A stretch of DNA of 64,000 nt from a virus, in IMG/VR virus record IMGVR_UViG_3300045988_159706, one strand, 5' to 3'. Both the position numbers and the translations under genes were made by a program. The notes under the pieces were generated by a model. The model had not been told where the DNA came from and ran no database searches. It was given only the letters and a program-made list of their open reading frames with translations. Each line of letters opens with the position of its first letter. Within the stretch, counting starts at the first letter, position 1. Of the stretch, positions 34,255 through 42,796 are shown piece after piece.

Positions 34255-35066
34255 TTAACTTTTTATACCCAGAAAAGTCAGAAATAAAGTATCGAATTGA
34301 TACTTATCCTGATTCTCAATCTCATCTTGTACTTGAGTCTGAAATAGATAGACGAAAGTCTTTGTCGATATATACTAGACTGTCCAATTTGAATGATATT
34401 TGGATCCTAATGCAATTAGCTGATATTTGTCATCGTCAAGGTATCCAGATTTCCTTTTTACGAATAGCTTATTTATTTGCAGCACGAACTGATAGATTAT
34501 TTTCTTTTAACGAAGCATTAGATTTGGAGCTTGTTAAAAAATGTCTTACCTTTGTACAAGCAGATCAAATTCTAATATTAGATCTTCATTCTAAGCGTTT
34601 GATTACAGAAGGGGTAATTGATAATGACTGGCCTACATTCTTTGCTTTAGAAGCAAGTTCTAATATTCCAGAGAATGTTTTATTCCCTGACGAAGGTGCC
34701 TATCATCGTTACAGTGAGCTTTTAGACTTTAATATAAAATGTCGTACTACAACGTATGTTGCTACAAAGCATAGGATCTCAAGGGATAAGCTAGAGGTAA
34801 AATTACCTTCTGAAATAAAGCCAAATACTTCTATTCTAGTTTTTGATGATTTATGTGATGGTGGGGGAACTTTCTTTGCAATTCATAAAGCATTACAAGA
34901 TATGGGAGTAACTGATGTGCATTTACGTGTTACGCATGCTATCCAAAAAGAACCTTTAGTAAAGTTATCAAAACTTTACAAAACAATAACAATTACCAAT
35001 TCTTATAAGGATTGGGATAAAGAAGAACTTCCAAACAATATAAAAGTAATAAGAGTTTATGAATAA
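34245..35066 (+). CDS. ribose-phosphate pyrophosphokinase (Prs)-like protein
   Basis: PRTase motif VFDDLCDGGGT; Prs-like N-domain. Confidence 0.65.
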   Translation: MQIINFLYPEKSEIKYRIDTYPDSQSHLVLESEIDRRKSLSIYTRLSNLNDIWILMQLADICHRQGIQISFLRIAYLFAARTDRLFSFNEALDLELVKKCLTFVQADQILILDLHSKRLITEGVIDNDWPTFFALEASSNIPENVLFPDEGAYHRYSELLDFNIKCRTTTYVATKHRISRDKLEVKLPSEIKPNTSILVFDDLCDGGGTFFAIHKALQDMGVTDVHLRVTHAIQKEPLVKLSKLYKTITITNSYKDWDKEELPNNIKVIRVYE

Positions 35067-35409
35067 ATTTAATGAAATTCTGAGTGCTACTGGAACTGCG
35101 GTACTCAAGAAACGTGCTGAAATCATCAATGCTGATGCCCGCGAAGCAGCTAAGGATCAGGTTAATCTCATTGAGAAAGAGATTCGTCAGATTAAGTCCA
35201 AGATTATGAATCTGGAGGATCTGTCGATTAAATCGACCGAATCACTGGTTGTAGGTACGGATTTTAAGGCAGATGAGTGGGTAACTCAGATGTTCAAGCT
35301 TCGTGATGACTTGCGCAACGCTGAAATCTGTCTGGAAATTGCTCAGAATATTTATAATGAGTATTTCACGGAACTTCCTGAAGTAGACTGTGATAAGAAA
35401 GCAGAATAG
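35059..35409 (+). CDS. coiled-coil hypothetical protein
   Basis: ORF track. Confidence 0.5.
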   Translation: MNKFNEILSATGTAVLKKRAEIINADAREAAKDQVNLIEKEIRQIKSKIMNLEDLSIKSTESLVVGTDFKADEWVTQMFKLRDDLRNAEICLEIAQNIYNEYFTELPEVDCDKKAE

Positions 35410-35415
35410 CTTCAT

Positions 35416-35437
35416 AGGCGGATTTACTCCGCCTTTT
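35416..35437 (+). terminator. rho-independent terminator
   Basis: AGGCGGA/TCCGCCT stem followed by TTTT. Confidence 0.7.
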
Positions 35438-35439
35438 AA

Positions 35440-35513
35440 GGGCCCTTAGCTCAATTGAATAGAGCATCTGACTACGAATTAGAAGGTTACAGGTTTGAGT
35501 CCTGTAGGGCCCA
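35440..35513 (+). tRNA. tRNA-Arg: tRNA-Arg (anticodon ACG)
   Basis: Acceptor GGGCCCT/AGGGCCC; anticodon loop CTACGAA. Confidence 0.85.
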
Positions 35514-35516
35514 CAT

Positions 35517-35720
35517 ATGAAAACTGTTTTATATAGAATACAATCAATTGAAGCCCCAGAAAATGAAGGGTTTCGGTATGGCTCATTAAGAACGCTATCT
35601 AAGACAAAGGTAGATGAAGAAATGTGCTTAAGGAATGAGTTTGGAAGTCATTATCTAATTAATGTTCCAGATTATTGAATTTGTGAGATTTTAAAAGAAA
35701 TAGAAGAAGATGATGTATAG
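35517..35720 (+). CDS. hypothetical protein (67 aa, one in-frame TGA)
   Basis: ATG 35517 to TAG 35718-35720, open only if TGA is sense. Confidence 0.4.
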
Positions 35721-36771
35721 TTTAGATGAAATAGGTATTTTACCTAGTTCAAAAGCCACGGATATTACAAGTCGTAGTGAGTGTAGTCCTTTAGGAGACT
35801 TAGGAACATATCCTATTTTTGTTTCTCCTATGACATCCGTTATTGATGAATCAAATTATCAACTTTTTACAAAGGCTGATGTGCTTCCAATTATTCCAAG
35901 ACGTGTAGATAATTTACAGTTTAGACTTAATGCATGTAACCATGTTTGGTGTGCATTTAGTTTAAAGGAATTTGAAACATTCTTTTGTGAAGGAGAACCT
36001 TCTGATGAGTGTCCTCTGGTACTTATTGATATGGCTAATGGCCACATGAAGAAAATTTATGACCTGGTTAAGAAGGCTAAGGAAAAGTGGAGCACGATTA
36101 TTATCATGGTAGGTAATATAGCTCATCCAGATCTTTATTGGGAATGCTATGATGCAGGGGTGGACTATGTTCGTGTAGGTATTGGAACTGGCAGTGTATG
36201 TACTACAGGAGTAAAAACTGGAGTACATGCTTCTATGGAATGGCTATTGCAACAATTAGTTAAGCGTCGATCCATGATTAAAGAGTCTCCTAAACCTAAA
36301 AAGGCTCCAAAGATTATCGCAGATGGAGGAATTTCTACAATAGATCGAGCTATAAAGTGTTTAGCTTTGGGCGCCGATTATGTAATGATGGGTAAAATGT
36401 TTGCTCAATGTAACGAAGCTTGTGGGTATGTTAGAACAAAGTGGCCAGATGATAATGATACTATACTTAAATATTTTGCATCTTTAACTAAAGCAGAAAG
36501 TGATCGAATCATTGAAGTGTATCCTAAAGAGCGATTATACTACGGAATGGCAAGTGAACGTGGTCAAAAGGATATTTCAAACACTAAAAAGGCCGAAGAA
36601 GGAATTGAAATTTGGGTTCCTGTTGAATATACTCTTGAATCTTTACTTTCTCAATTTGATTCTGCATTAAGGTCTGCTATGTCTTATACAGGATGTAGGA
36701 CTCTTGAAGAATTCAAAAATGTAAAATGGGAGTATATGTCTCCCTCTGAAAGAAATGCTTATTACAAATAA
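35710..36771 (+). CDS. IMP dehydrogenase/GMP reductase family protein
   Basis: GIGTGSVCTTGVKTGV and IADGGI motifs; 353 aa (GMP-reductase size). Confidence 0.75.
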   Translation: MMYSLDEIGILPSSKATDITSRSECSPLGDLGTYPIFVSPMTSVIDESNYQLFTKADVLPIIPRRVDNLQFRLNACNHVWCAFSLKEFETFFCEGEPSDECPLVLIDMANGHMKKIYDLVKKAKEKWSTIIIMVGNIAHPDLYWECYDAGVDYVRVGIGTGSVCTTGVKTGVHASMEWLLQQLVKRRSMIKESPKPKKAPKIIADGGISTIDRAIKCLALGADYVMMGKMFAQCNEACGYVRTKWPDDNDTILKYFASLTKAESDRIIEVYPKERLYYGMASERGQKDISNTKKAEEGIEIWVPVEYTLESLLSQFDSALRSAMSYTGCRTLEEFKNVKWEYMSPSERNAYYK

Positions 36772-36949
36772 AATGAATAATCTTGATTTATACACAGTAA
36801 TAGTTTTTGGAATCTTTGTTTTATGTTTATTATTAGGACTTGGATTTGCATTAACTATGTGGTCTGCTCCTTGGGGAATATTCTACTTCGGAGGAATGAT
36901 CGTGCTTACTATTTATTATCTTAATATATTAAAAGATAGGATAGAGTAA
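36755..36949 (+). CDS. small membrane protein
   Basis: ORF track; two TM segments. Confidence 0.45.
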   Translation: MLITNKMNNLDLYTVIVFGIFVLCLLLGLGFALTMWSAPWGIFYFGGMIVLTIYYLNILKDRIE

Positions 36950-36970
36950 GGGAATGTAAATTCCCTATAA

Positions 36971-37044
36971 GTCCCTGTAGTTCAGTTGCATAGAACATCT
37001 CACTTCTAATGAGAAAGTCGCAGGTTGGAGCCCTGCCAGGGATA
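36971..37044 (+). tRNA. tRNA-Arg: tRNA-Arg (anticodon UCU)
   Basis: Anticodon arm TCTCA-CTTCTAA-TGAGA; acceptor GTCCCTG/CAGGGAT with G1-U72. Confidence 0.85.
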
Positions 37045-37127
37045 CAACGCTTAAGATTAACATATATATATATATATTTAGATATGAATTTTATAGGTTA
37101 TGTTATAATATTTAACTAATTTTTAGA

Positions 37128-37769
37128 ATGAATTCAAAATGATTGTTAGAAAAAGAAAAATTAGAACAATTAATTTTAATTGATAAACTAAGTTACGAAG
37201 AGATAGGGAAAAAATATAATTGCTCTGGTAGTAATATTAAAAAAGTTGCTTCAAAAATAGGAATTACGTTACCAAAGAGACGTAAATTAAATCCTAATGA
37301 AACATTTAATAAAGGAGTGCATAAAGTAATTGTTTCTAATATTAATATCCCTAAACCTATACAAAAAGTTGGCACTAAAACTTATTGTCTTAACTGTGGA
37401 CATGAATTAGATGGATATGCCAAAAAATATTGCTCTAGTAAATGTCAAATAGAGTATAAACATAAATTAGCATATAAAAAATTTTTAGAAGGAGACCTTT
37501 CTATTATGAGAGCTAATTATAACCCTAGAGTATTTAAGAAAGATATTATAAAAGAACAAAACAATAAGTGTGCTATCTGTGGTTTAGAACCTGAGTGAAA
37601 TAATAAGGAGCTTGTTTTTATTTTAGATCATATTGACGGACATGCTGCAAACAATAAACGAGATAATTTAAGGTGTATATGTCCTAATTGTGATTCACAA
37701 TTAGATACTTATAAATCTAAGAATAAAAATGGAGATAGGCATTATTACAGATACCATAAAAATAAATAG
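37128..37769 (+). CDS. HNH endonuclease (213 aa, two in-frame TGA), paralog of 22280-23014
   Basis: ATG 37128; TGA at 37140 and 37596; LDHIDGHAANNKRDNLRCICPNCD; same ...RYxKNK C-terminus as the 22280 gene. Confidence 0.75.
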
Positions 37770-37781
37770 TTTATCCTAAAC

Positions 37782-37825
37782 TGGCGGCTGAATAGCCATT
37801 GTGGGTTCGAGTCCCACCCTCCGTA
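37782..37825 (+). pseudogene. orphan tRNA 3' portion (T arm plus 3' acceptor strand)
   Basis: GTGGG-TTCGAGT-CCCAC then CCTCCGT-A; no matching 5' acceptor strand nearby; lies directly after the HNH gene. Confidence 0.4.
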
Positions 37826-37841
37826 CTAATAACATTATAAT

Positions 37842-38213
37842 ATGGCATGGATATACAGAGATAAAAATGGAGACTTAATGTTCTCCAAAGTAAAACCTGA
37901 AAAAGTTTATATTTTCAGATTTAAAAATTATGAAATTCATAAAGAATCAGAAAGTAAATATTTTATTGGGGATCGTAATTATATTTTTACAGTTAAAATA
38001 TTAGAATCTTATTTTCAACATCCTGGATATTATGAACTAAAAAGTTTTGATGGAGAGGAAGTATTAAGAAAAATTTATATTCAAGATGTTATTTTTGAAG
38101 GAGACTACACTATGGGTTTTCCTGTAGAATTTAAACCTGAGACTATTTCTGCTTTAAAATCTATTGTTGATTTAGAGAATCTTACTATTGAGGATGGATT
38201 AATTGAACTATAA
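37842..38213 (+). CDS. hypothetical protein
   Basis: ORF track. Confidence 0.5.
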   Translation: MAWIYRDKNGDLMFSKVKPEKVYIFRFKNYEIHKESESKYFIGDRNYIFTVKILESYFQHPGYYELKSFDGEEVLRKIYIQDVIFEGDYTMGFPVEFKPETISALKSIVDLENLTIEDGLIEL

Positions 38214-38476
38214 TGAAAGAGATTAAAATTAACAATAACATTGAAGAAGATCATGTTCCTTTATATAATCCTGAAGGTAAGTTAGTTGGAATTATAGAAA
38301 ATGAACTAGCTTTTAATGATGTTCGTATTCAAATCATGGAAAACAAACTAAGAGGGTACTATATTGTATATAAAGGTCAGGTATGTCGAATAGATATTCA
38401 TGGAGAATTAGATATTTGGCCTAATGACTTATATAGGACAAATGTAGACCAACTATCAAAATTATTATGCTTTTAG
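38213..38476 (+). CDS. hypothetical protein
   Basis: ORF track. Confidence 0.5.
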   Translation: MKEIKINNNIEEDHVPLYNPEGKLVGIIENELAFNDVRIQIMENKLRGYYIVYKGQVCRIDIHGELDIWPNDLYRTNVDQLSKLLCF

Positions 38477-38477
38477 T

Positions 38478-38672
38478 ATGAAACAAATAAAAACATACTG
38501 TCCAAATTGTGGTAGGGAAACTATTCATGTTATTTATACAGAAGATGGAGATGGATATGGGGCTTCTGGTGTAGCAAGAATTTTTTCAAGTTTACTTTCC
38601 CTTGGAACGTCTAATTTAGCTTGTACTACATATAGTAAGTGTATTAGTTGTGGAAAGACTAAAGAATTATAA
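38478..38672 (+). CDS. small zinc-ribbon-like protein
   Basis: CPNCG ... CISCG pairs. Confidence 0.45.
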   Translation: MKQIKTYCPNCGRETIHVIYTEDGDGYGASGVARIFSSLLSLGTSNLACTTYSKCISCGKTKEL

Positions 38673-38678
38673 CTAAAT

Positions 38679-39077
38679 ATGGGAACTATAGTAAAACCTT
38701 GTGATGATTACCTTCATATGTTAGAGATTCGTAAGTTACTTGAATCTAAAATAAAGGAGTTACATAATCCATGTATTCCCAGTATGTGGAGCCCTTTATC
38801 TATTTTAAGTGTACTTAATCATAAACTATTTTGTAGAGTTATATACAATGCTGTTTGCTATAGTATAGCAGAACGTAATCAGAAAAATATATCATCTAAA
38901 TATCTTGTGGCAGACATTTCTGTTATTGATGCTTTGTGTATGCATTTAACTGAAGAATGTCCTGGATTTGAAACTCCTAGATATTTATATAAAGTAAATA
39001 TTCTTGGAACAGTACTAGAGGTTATTCAGGACATTCCAAGACCAAATAAAGATAAATATAATTTTTTAATATTATAA
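38679..39077 (+). CDS. hypothetical protein
   Basis: ORF track. Confidence 0.5.
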   Translation: MGTIVKPCDDYLHMLEIRKLLESKIKELHNPCIPSMWSPLSILSVLNHKLFCRVIYNAVCYSIAERNQKNISSKYLVADISVIDALCMHLTEECPGFETPRYLYKVNILGTVLEVIQDIPRPNKDKYNFLIL

Positions 39078-39409
39078 TGAAAACACTTCTTTGGGTAGAT
39101 GATGCTCGTAATCCAATGGAAGATGATTGGATGAATTTTAGTCCAATTGGCAGAAATTGTAAAGTTGTATGGGCTCAATCTTACCAAGAAGCGATTGATT
39201 TTCTTGAGAAAGAATGGCCTGATGCAATTTGTCTAGATCATGATTTAGGGGAAGAGAAATCTGGATATGATATAGCTAAGTATATTGTGGATAAATGTAT
39301 AGATGAAGGATATATTCTTCCACAATTTGCAAGTCAATCTGCAAATCCTGTTGGTAGAGAGAATATTCTTTGTTTATTAAAAAACTACAGTAAACAAAGA
39401 CTCATATAA
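39077..39409 (+). CDS. receiver(REC)-like small domain protein
   Basis: LLWVDDARNP ... ICLDHDLG ... SQSANPVGREN pattern; family assignment is tentative. Confidence 0.4.
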   Translation: MKTLLWVDDARNPMEDDWMNFSPIGRNCKVVWAQSYQEAIDFLEKEWPDAICLDHDLGEEKSGYDIAKYIVDKCIDEGYILPQFASQSANPVGRENILCLLKNYSKQRLI

Positions 39410-39461
39410 CATGTACAAAAAGTTCGTCAATATAAACACGACTGGTTAACTGCGGTTCAGA

Positions 39462-39644
39462 ATGGAAAAGACTTGCCAAAGTGAAAATAGAACATTTTAC
39501 CATATAACTTTAAGAAGTAATCTTGAAAGCATATTAAATAAAGGGTTTATTCCCGATATTAGTATTAAATGTCAAAAATGTTATAATGACAATCCAGCTG
39601 AAAAGTTAGTTTATATGACTGATTTGGAAAGTGTAAAGGTGTGA
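39462..39644 (+). CDS. hypothetical protein; ends in TGA, downstream continuation unclear
   Basis: ORF track; N-terminal FYHITLRSNLESILNKGFIP. Confidence 0.35.
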   Translation: MEKTCQSENRTFYHITLRSNLESILNKGFIPDISIKCQKCYNDNPAEKLVYMTDLESVKV

Positions 39645-39764
39645 GGAATGCTCTATATAGAGAAAATGATGATTGTATTATTTTTGAAGTTAATTGTGCA
39701 GAACTTAAATTATTAAAACATGTAAATATATACATGGTCCAGAAAATATAAAATTGACCAATTT

Positions 39765-39977
39765 ATGACACAGTATATTTATATACATACAAACAAATTC
39801 TCTAGATGGTTTCTTTTAAGATATCTTAAAAAGAAAGGTTATACCTTTAGAAATAATATGACTCAGGAATATATTTTTATTCATCCTTATGGTAGATATG
39901 CTTTTTGTATGTGTGAAAAAGTAATAGCTTACGAACAAGTATGGGCTTGGATTGTATTTAATAGTATATTTAAATAA
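39765..39977 (+). CDS. hypothetical protein
   Basis: ORF track. Confidence 0.4.
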   Translation: MTQYIYIHTNKFSRWFLLRYLKKKGYTFRNNMTQEYIFIHPYGRYAFCMCEKVIAYEQVWAWIVFNSIFK

Positions 39978-39985
39978 TTTCAACA

Positions 39986-40105
39986 ATGCTTTACTGTAAT
40001 ATATGTGGATCTCCTTTACGATATATAGGAGAAACTAAGGATGCTAGTGGAAATGTTATAAGCATCTATTCATGTCCAAAATGTAACAAGTTAGTTTATA
40101 TTTAG
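39986..40105 (+). CDS. small zinc-ribbon protein (39 aa)
   Basis: ATG 39986 to TAG 40103-40105; CNICG ... CPKCN. Confidence 0.4.
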   Translation: MLYCNICGSPLRYIGETKDASGNVISIYSCPKCNKLVYI

Positions 40106-40106
40106 T

Positions 40107-40487
40107 ATGTTCTTTCTTAATTTAGCTGTATTAATTTTTTGTGGAGCAGTTCTTGGATATGAGAGACAAAAAACTAACAAGGTAATTGGAATTCGTTCCG
40201 TTGTTCTACTGATGTTAGGATCTTTTATATTTACATATATCTCTACAAGAATAGGTGGAGATCCTTCTAGAGTAGCTGCCCAGATAGCTTCTGGAGTTGG
40301 CTTTATTGGTGCTGGAATCATTTGGAAGGATAAATCTACCAATATAGCTAACTTAACAACAGCAATTCTCATTTGGGTTATTGCAGCTTTAGGAAGCATG
40401 ATTTCTATTGGATTACTTGCTGAAGCAGTAGTAATAACAGGAGTAATTTACATTGTCCTTAGATTTAATTTTTTGAAGGACGTCTAA
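40107..40487 (+). CDS. MgtC/SapB-family membrane protein
   Basis: AVLGYERQ ... GIRSVVLLMLGS ... IWVIAALG pattern. Confidence 0.7.
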   Translation: MFFLNLAVLIFCGAVLGYERQKTNKVIGIRSVVLLMLGSFIFTYISTRIGGDPSRVAAQIASGVGFIGAGIIWKDKSTNIANLTTAILIWVIAALGSMISIGLLAEAVVITGVIYIVLRFNFLKDV

Positions 40488-40493
40488 AGGTTT

Positions 40494-40578
40494 GGAGAGT
40501 AATCCTTGATGGTGATAGGGCTTGCCTGCTAAGCAATGTGTGCCTTTCTGGCATGTGGTTCGATTCCACTGCTCTCCG
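40494..40578 (+). tRNA. tRNA-Ser: tRNA-Ser (anticodon GCU), class II
   Basis: Acceptor GGAGAGT/GCTCTCC; anticodon loop CTGCTAA; long variable arm. Confidence 0.8.
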
Positions 40579-40602
40579 CAAATAAACTAATATTAGAAGG
40601 GT

Positions 40603-40794
40603 ATGGAATTTAAAGTAATCAGAATTATCTTTGATAATGGAACAGAACAGGTTTTTAATTTTCAACATGTAAGAGATTTCAGTTACAATGAGAAAAATAA
40701 ATCTGCAGTTATAACTATAAAAGGAAACGGACCAAATTGGGATACTCAGCTATTTGATAATATTACTGAATTATATATTTCGAATTTAGAGTAA
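40603..40794 (+). CDS. hypothetical protein
   Basis: ORF track. Confidence 0.45.
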   Translation: MEFKVIRIIFDNGTEQVFNFQHVRDFSYNEKNKSAVITIKGNGPNWDTQLFDNITELYISNLE

Positions 40795-40802
40795 TTAAGG
40801 AT

Positions 40803-40885
40803 GCCCCTGTGGCGTAATTTGGTAGCCGCGCTAGACTTAGGATCTAGTGAGGAAACTCGTGCAGGTTCGAGTCCTGTCAGGGGTA
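40803..40885 (+). tRNA. tRNA-Leu: tRNA-Leu (anticodon UAG), class II
   Basis: Anticodon arm CTAGA-CTTAGGA-TCTAG; acceptor GCCCCTG/CAGGGGT with G1-U72. Confidence 0.85.
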
Positions 40886-40914
40886 CTTAACAATGTTTAA
40901 AATTATTAATACCA

Positions 40915-41481
40915 ATGAATATTGAAAATTTTTCAACGATAAATCTTCCTGGTCTAGCAGACCTAGGAGATACTAAAAATTGAGCAAGTATTAAAGGGGA
41001 TGATCCAGGGCCTAAAGGGCCTATAGGTTCTGTGGGATATTCAGCAACAGGTGTAGGCAGGGGAAATCTTACTTCTACTACCTCAACTGGAATCGGTACT
41101 AATAGTATCACTATAAGCTCTAGTAATCCGTATGCATATGGGCCAATTAAAACAGAAAGATTTCCTATGAGTGAAGAACTTTATTTATATATAACTGGTG
41201 GTAAAAGTTGTATTTCTACAGCACCTCCTACTTGGAATAGTCAAGAGAACTGTCTTTGGCATGCAAAAGGTTCCCGAGTATTTTCAATAGAAGGTGATTA
41301 TGGACTATCTCGTCTTATAAAATCTTATATTGGTTCTGAACTAGATATAATTTACACATATCTTACTATAAATGGATTTAATGTTTATGCTACTATTTTA
41401 GGACCTTCTGGAGAATTATATATAACGAAAGAATCTGTAAAAACTAAAGAAGATTTGATTCATAGAAATCGAAAGAAATAA
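40915..41481 (+). CDS. tail-fiber-like protein with a short collagen-like segment (one in-frame TGA)
   Basis: ATG 40915 in frame with track ORF 41032-41481; TGA at 40981; KGDDPGPKGPIGSVG. Confidence 0.55.
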
Positions 41482-41493
41482 ATAAAAAGGATT

Positions 41494-41583
41494 GCGCCTG
41501 ACCCGAGGCGGGGGGGAGGTCTTCAAAACCTCTATGCTGTTGGTCCATCTTCAGCCCTGTGGGATCGTTACCTACCAGGCGTG
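41494..41583 (+). tRNA. non-canonical tRNA with UCA anticodon (candidate opal suppressor, Sec-tRNA-like architecture)
   Basis: 6-bp anticodon stem GGAGGT/ACCTCT with loop CTTCAAA (TCA 41523-41525); compact D arm CCCG-AGG-CGGG; about 26-nt variable region with GCTG/CAGC stem; T arm GTGGG-ATCGTTA-CCTAC; acceptor GCGCCTG/CAGGCGT (8 bp if TG/TG wobbles are counted). Confidence 0.55.
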
Positions 41584-41600
41584 CAAGTAAGAAGTAAAAT

Positions 41601-42185
41601 ATGACTATTAAGGAACAATGTATACATTTACGAGAAGAAGGAAAAACTTATAACGAAATTTGTGCTATTCTACACTGCTCTAAAAGTACAGTTGCATATC
41701 ATTTGAACGCGACTACTAAAATAGCAGCCACAAAATGACAAAGTGAAAATAAATGTAAGGATTGAAAGTATAAATTTATGCATAGTTGTTCTAATTTTTT
41801 AAATCGAAAAGATAGATCTAAACACATCAAAACAATGTGCTCAGATTGAAATAAAAAGTTTAGAACTCACGTATCAGAGTTCAATAATAGATATAAAAAT
41901 AAAGGAAATTTGGCTAATAAATGTTACTATAAAGATGTGTTAACATATCTTAATGGAACTAATGTTAAATGTTATTTAACAGGTACACCTATTGATTTGA
42001 CAAAAGATGATTATTGTTTTGATCATATAGTTCCTGTATCAAAAGGAGGAACTAATGAATTATCAAATCTAGGAGTAACTATTCCCTCAGCTAATTATTC
42101 TAAACATGATTTAACTATAGAGGAATATTTGTCTTTATGTAAACAGGTTTTAGAACATCATGGGTATACTGTAAGTAAAACTTAA
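41601..42185 (+). CDS. HNH endonuclease with an N-terminal HTH (194 aa, three in-frame TGA)
   Basis: ATG 41601 in frame with track ORF 41910-42185; FDHIVPVSKGGTNELSNL. Confidence 0.7.
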
Positions 42186-42189
42186 AAAT

Positions 42190-42693
42190 ATGACTTATAA
42201 ACAAATTTTTATTGGAGGGATTACTATTCTGGGTATGTATATGCTACTGGGTTTGATGTTAAATTTCCCATGTAAATCAGAAGTGCCTCCAGTAAACTCT
42301 CCTGTAATTATTACAGAAGATTGTGATTCTCTTACAGAGTGGCAAGTTTTTATCATGGCACTTGTTGAAGTAGAATGTGAGAGAAATCCAAAAGTAAAAT
42401 CTAGTAAAAATGCAATAGGCCCATTCCAAATTACTAAAATTTATGTTGATGAAGTTAATAACTTATATAACACTAATTTTGTGTTAGAGGATGCTTGGGA
42501 TCTTGATAAAGCTTTAACTATGTTTGAAATGATGAATGACCATTATAATCCAACTAGAGATATTGATAGAGCAATTAAACTACATAATCCTGGGGCTGGT
42601 AAATGGTATGGGAAAAGAATAAAAGATCGTATGGAACTAATTCGATTTAGTGAAGCACTAAGATTCAAAATTGTTGAACTTTACGATAATTAA
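42190..42693 (+). CDS. lytic transglycosylase-like endolysin candidate
   Basis: N-terminal TM; EVECERNP ... AIGPFQI (SLT-like). Confidence 0.55.
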   Translation: MTYKQIFIGGITILGMYMLLGLMLNFPCKSEVPPVNSPVIITEDCDSLTEWQVFIMALVEVECERNPKVKSSKNAIGPFQITKIYVDEVNNLYNTNFVLEDAWDLDKALTMFEMMNDHYNPTRDIDRAIKLHNPGAGKWYGKRIKDRMELIRFSEALRFKIVELYDN

Positions 42694-42694
42694 T

Positions 42695-42796
42695 ATGTGG
42701 TGGTTGATTGGATTACTATTAGCTATTGCTATCATACTTAGTCCTATGTTATGGGCTATTTATAAACATATAACGTATGAGAAGTTGAATAACTAA
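42695..42796 (+). CDS. small membrane protein (33 aa; holin or spanin-component candidate)
   Basis: ATG 42695 to TAA 42794-42796; single TM. Confidence 0.35.
   Translation: MWWLIGLLLAIAIILSPMLWAIYKHITYEKLNN

Noticed and set aside
37062-37077. (TA)n run
   Set aside because: This is a short dinucleotide microsatellite in an AT-rich spacer, with no further structure or repeat units. It is not a CRISPR or iteron array.
37782-37825. tRNA 3' fragment as a phage attachment site (attP)
   Set aside because: No integrase or recombinase gene is visible in the window, and the fragment has the phage-style acceptor end. The idea is kept only as a possibility under the remnant finding.
41494-41583. Selenocysteine decoding as the explanation for in-frame TGA
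   Set aside because: TGA occurs at many positions, including conserved Trp sites of RNase HI. There are up to six per gene, which is incompatible with SECIS-dependent Sec insertion, and no selA/selB-like genes are seen in the window.
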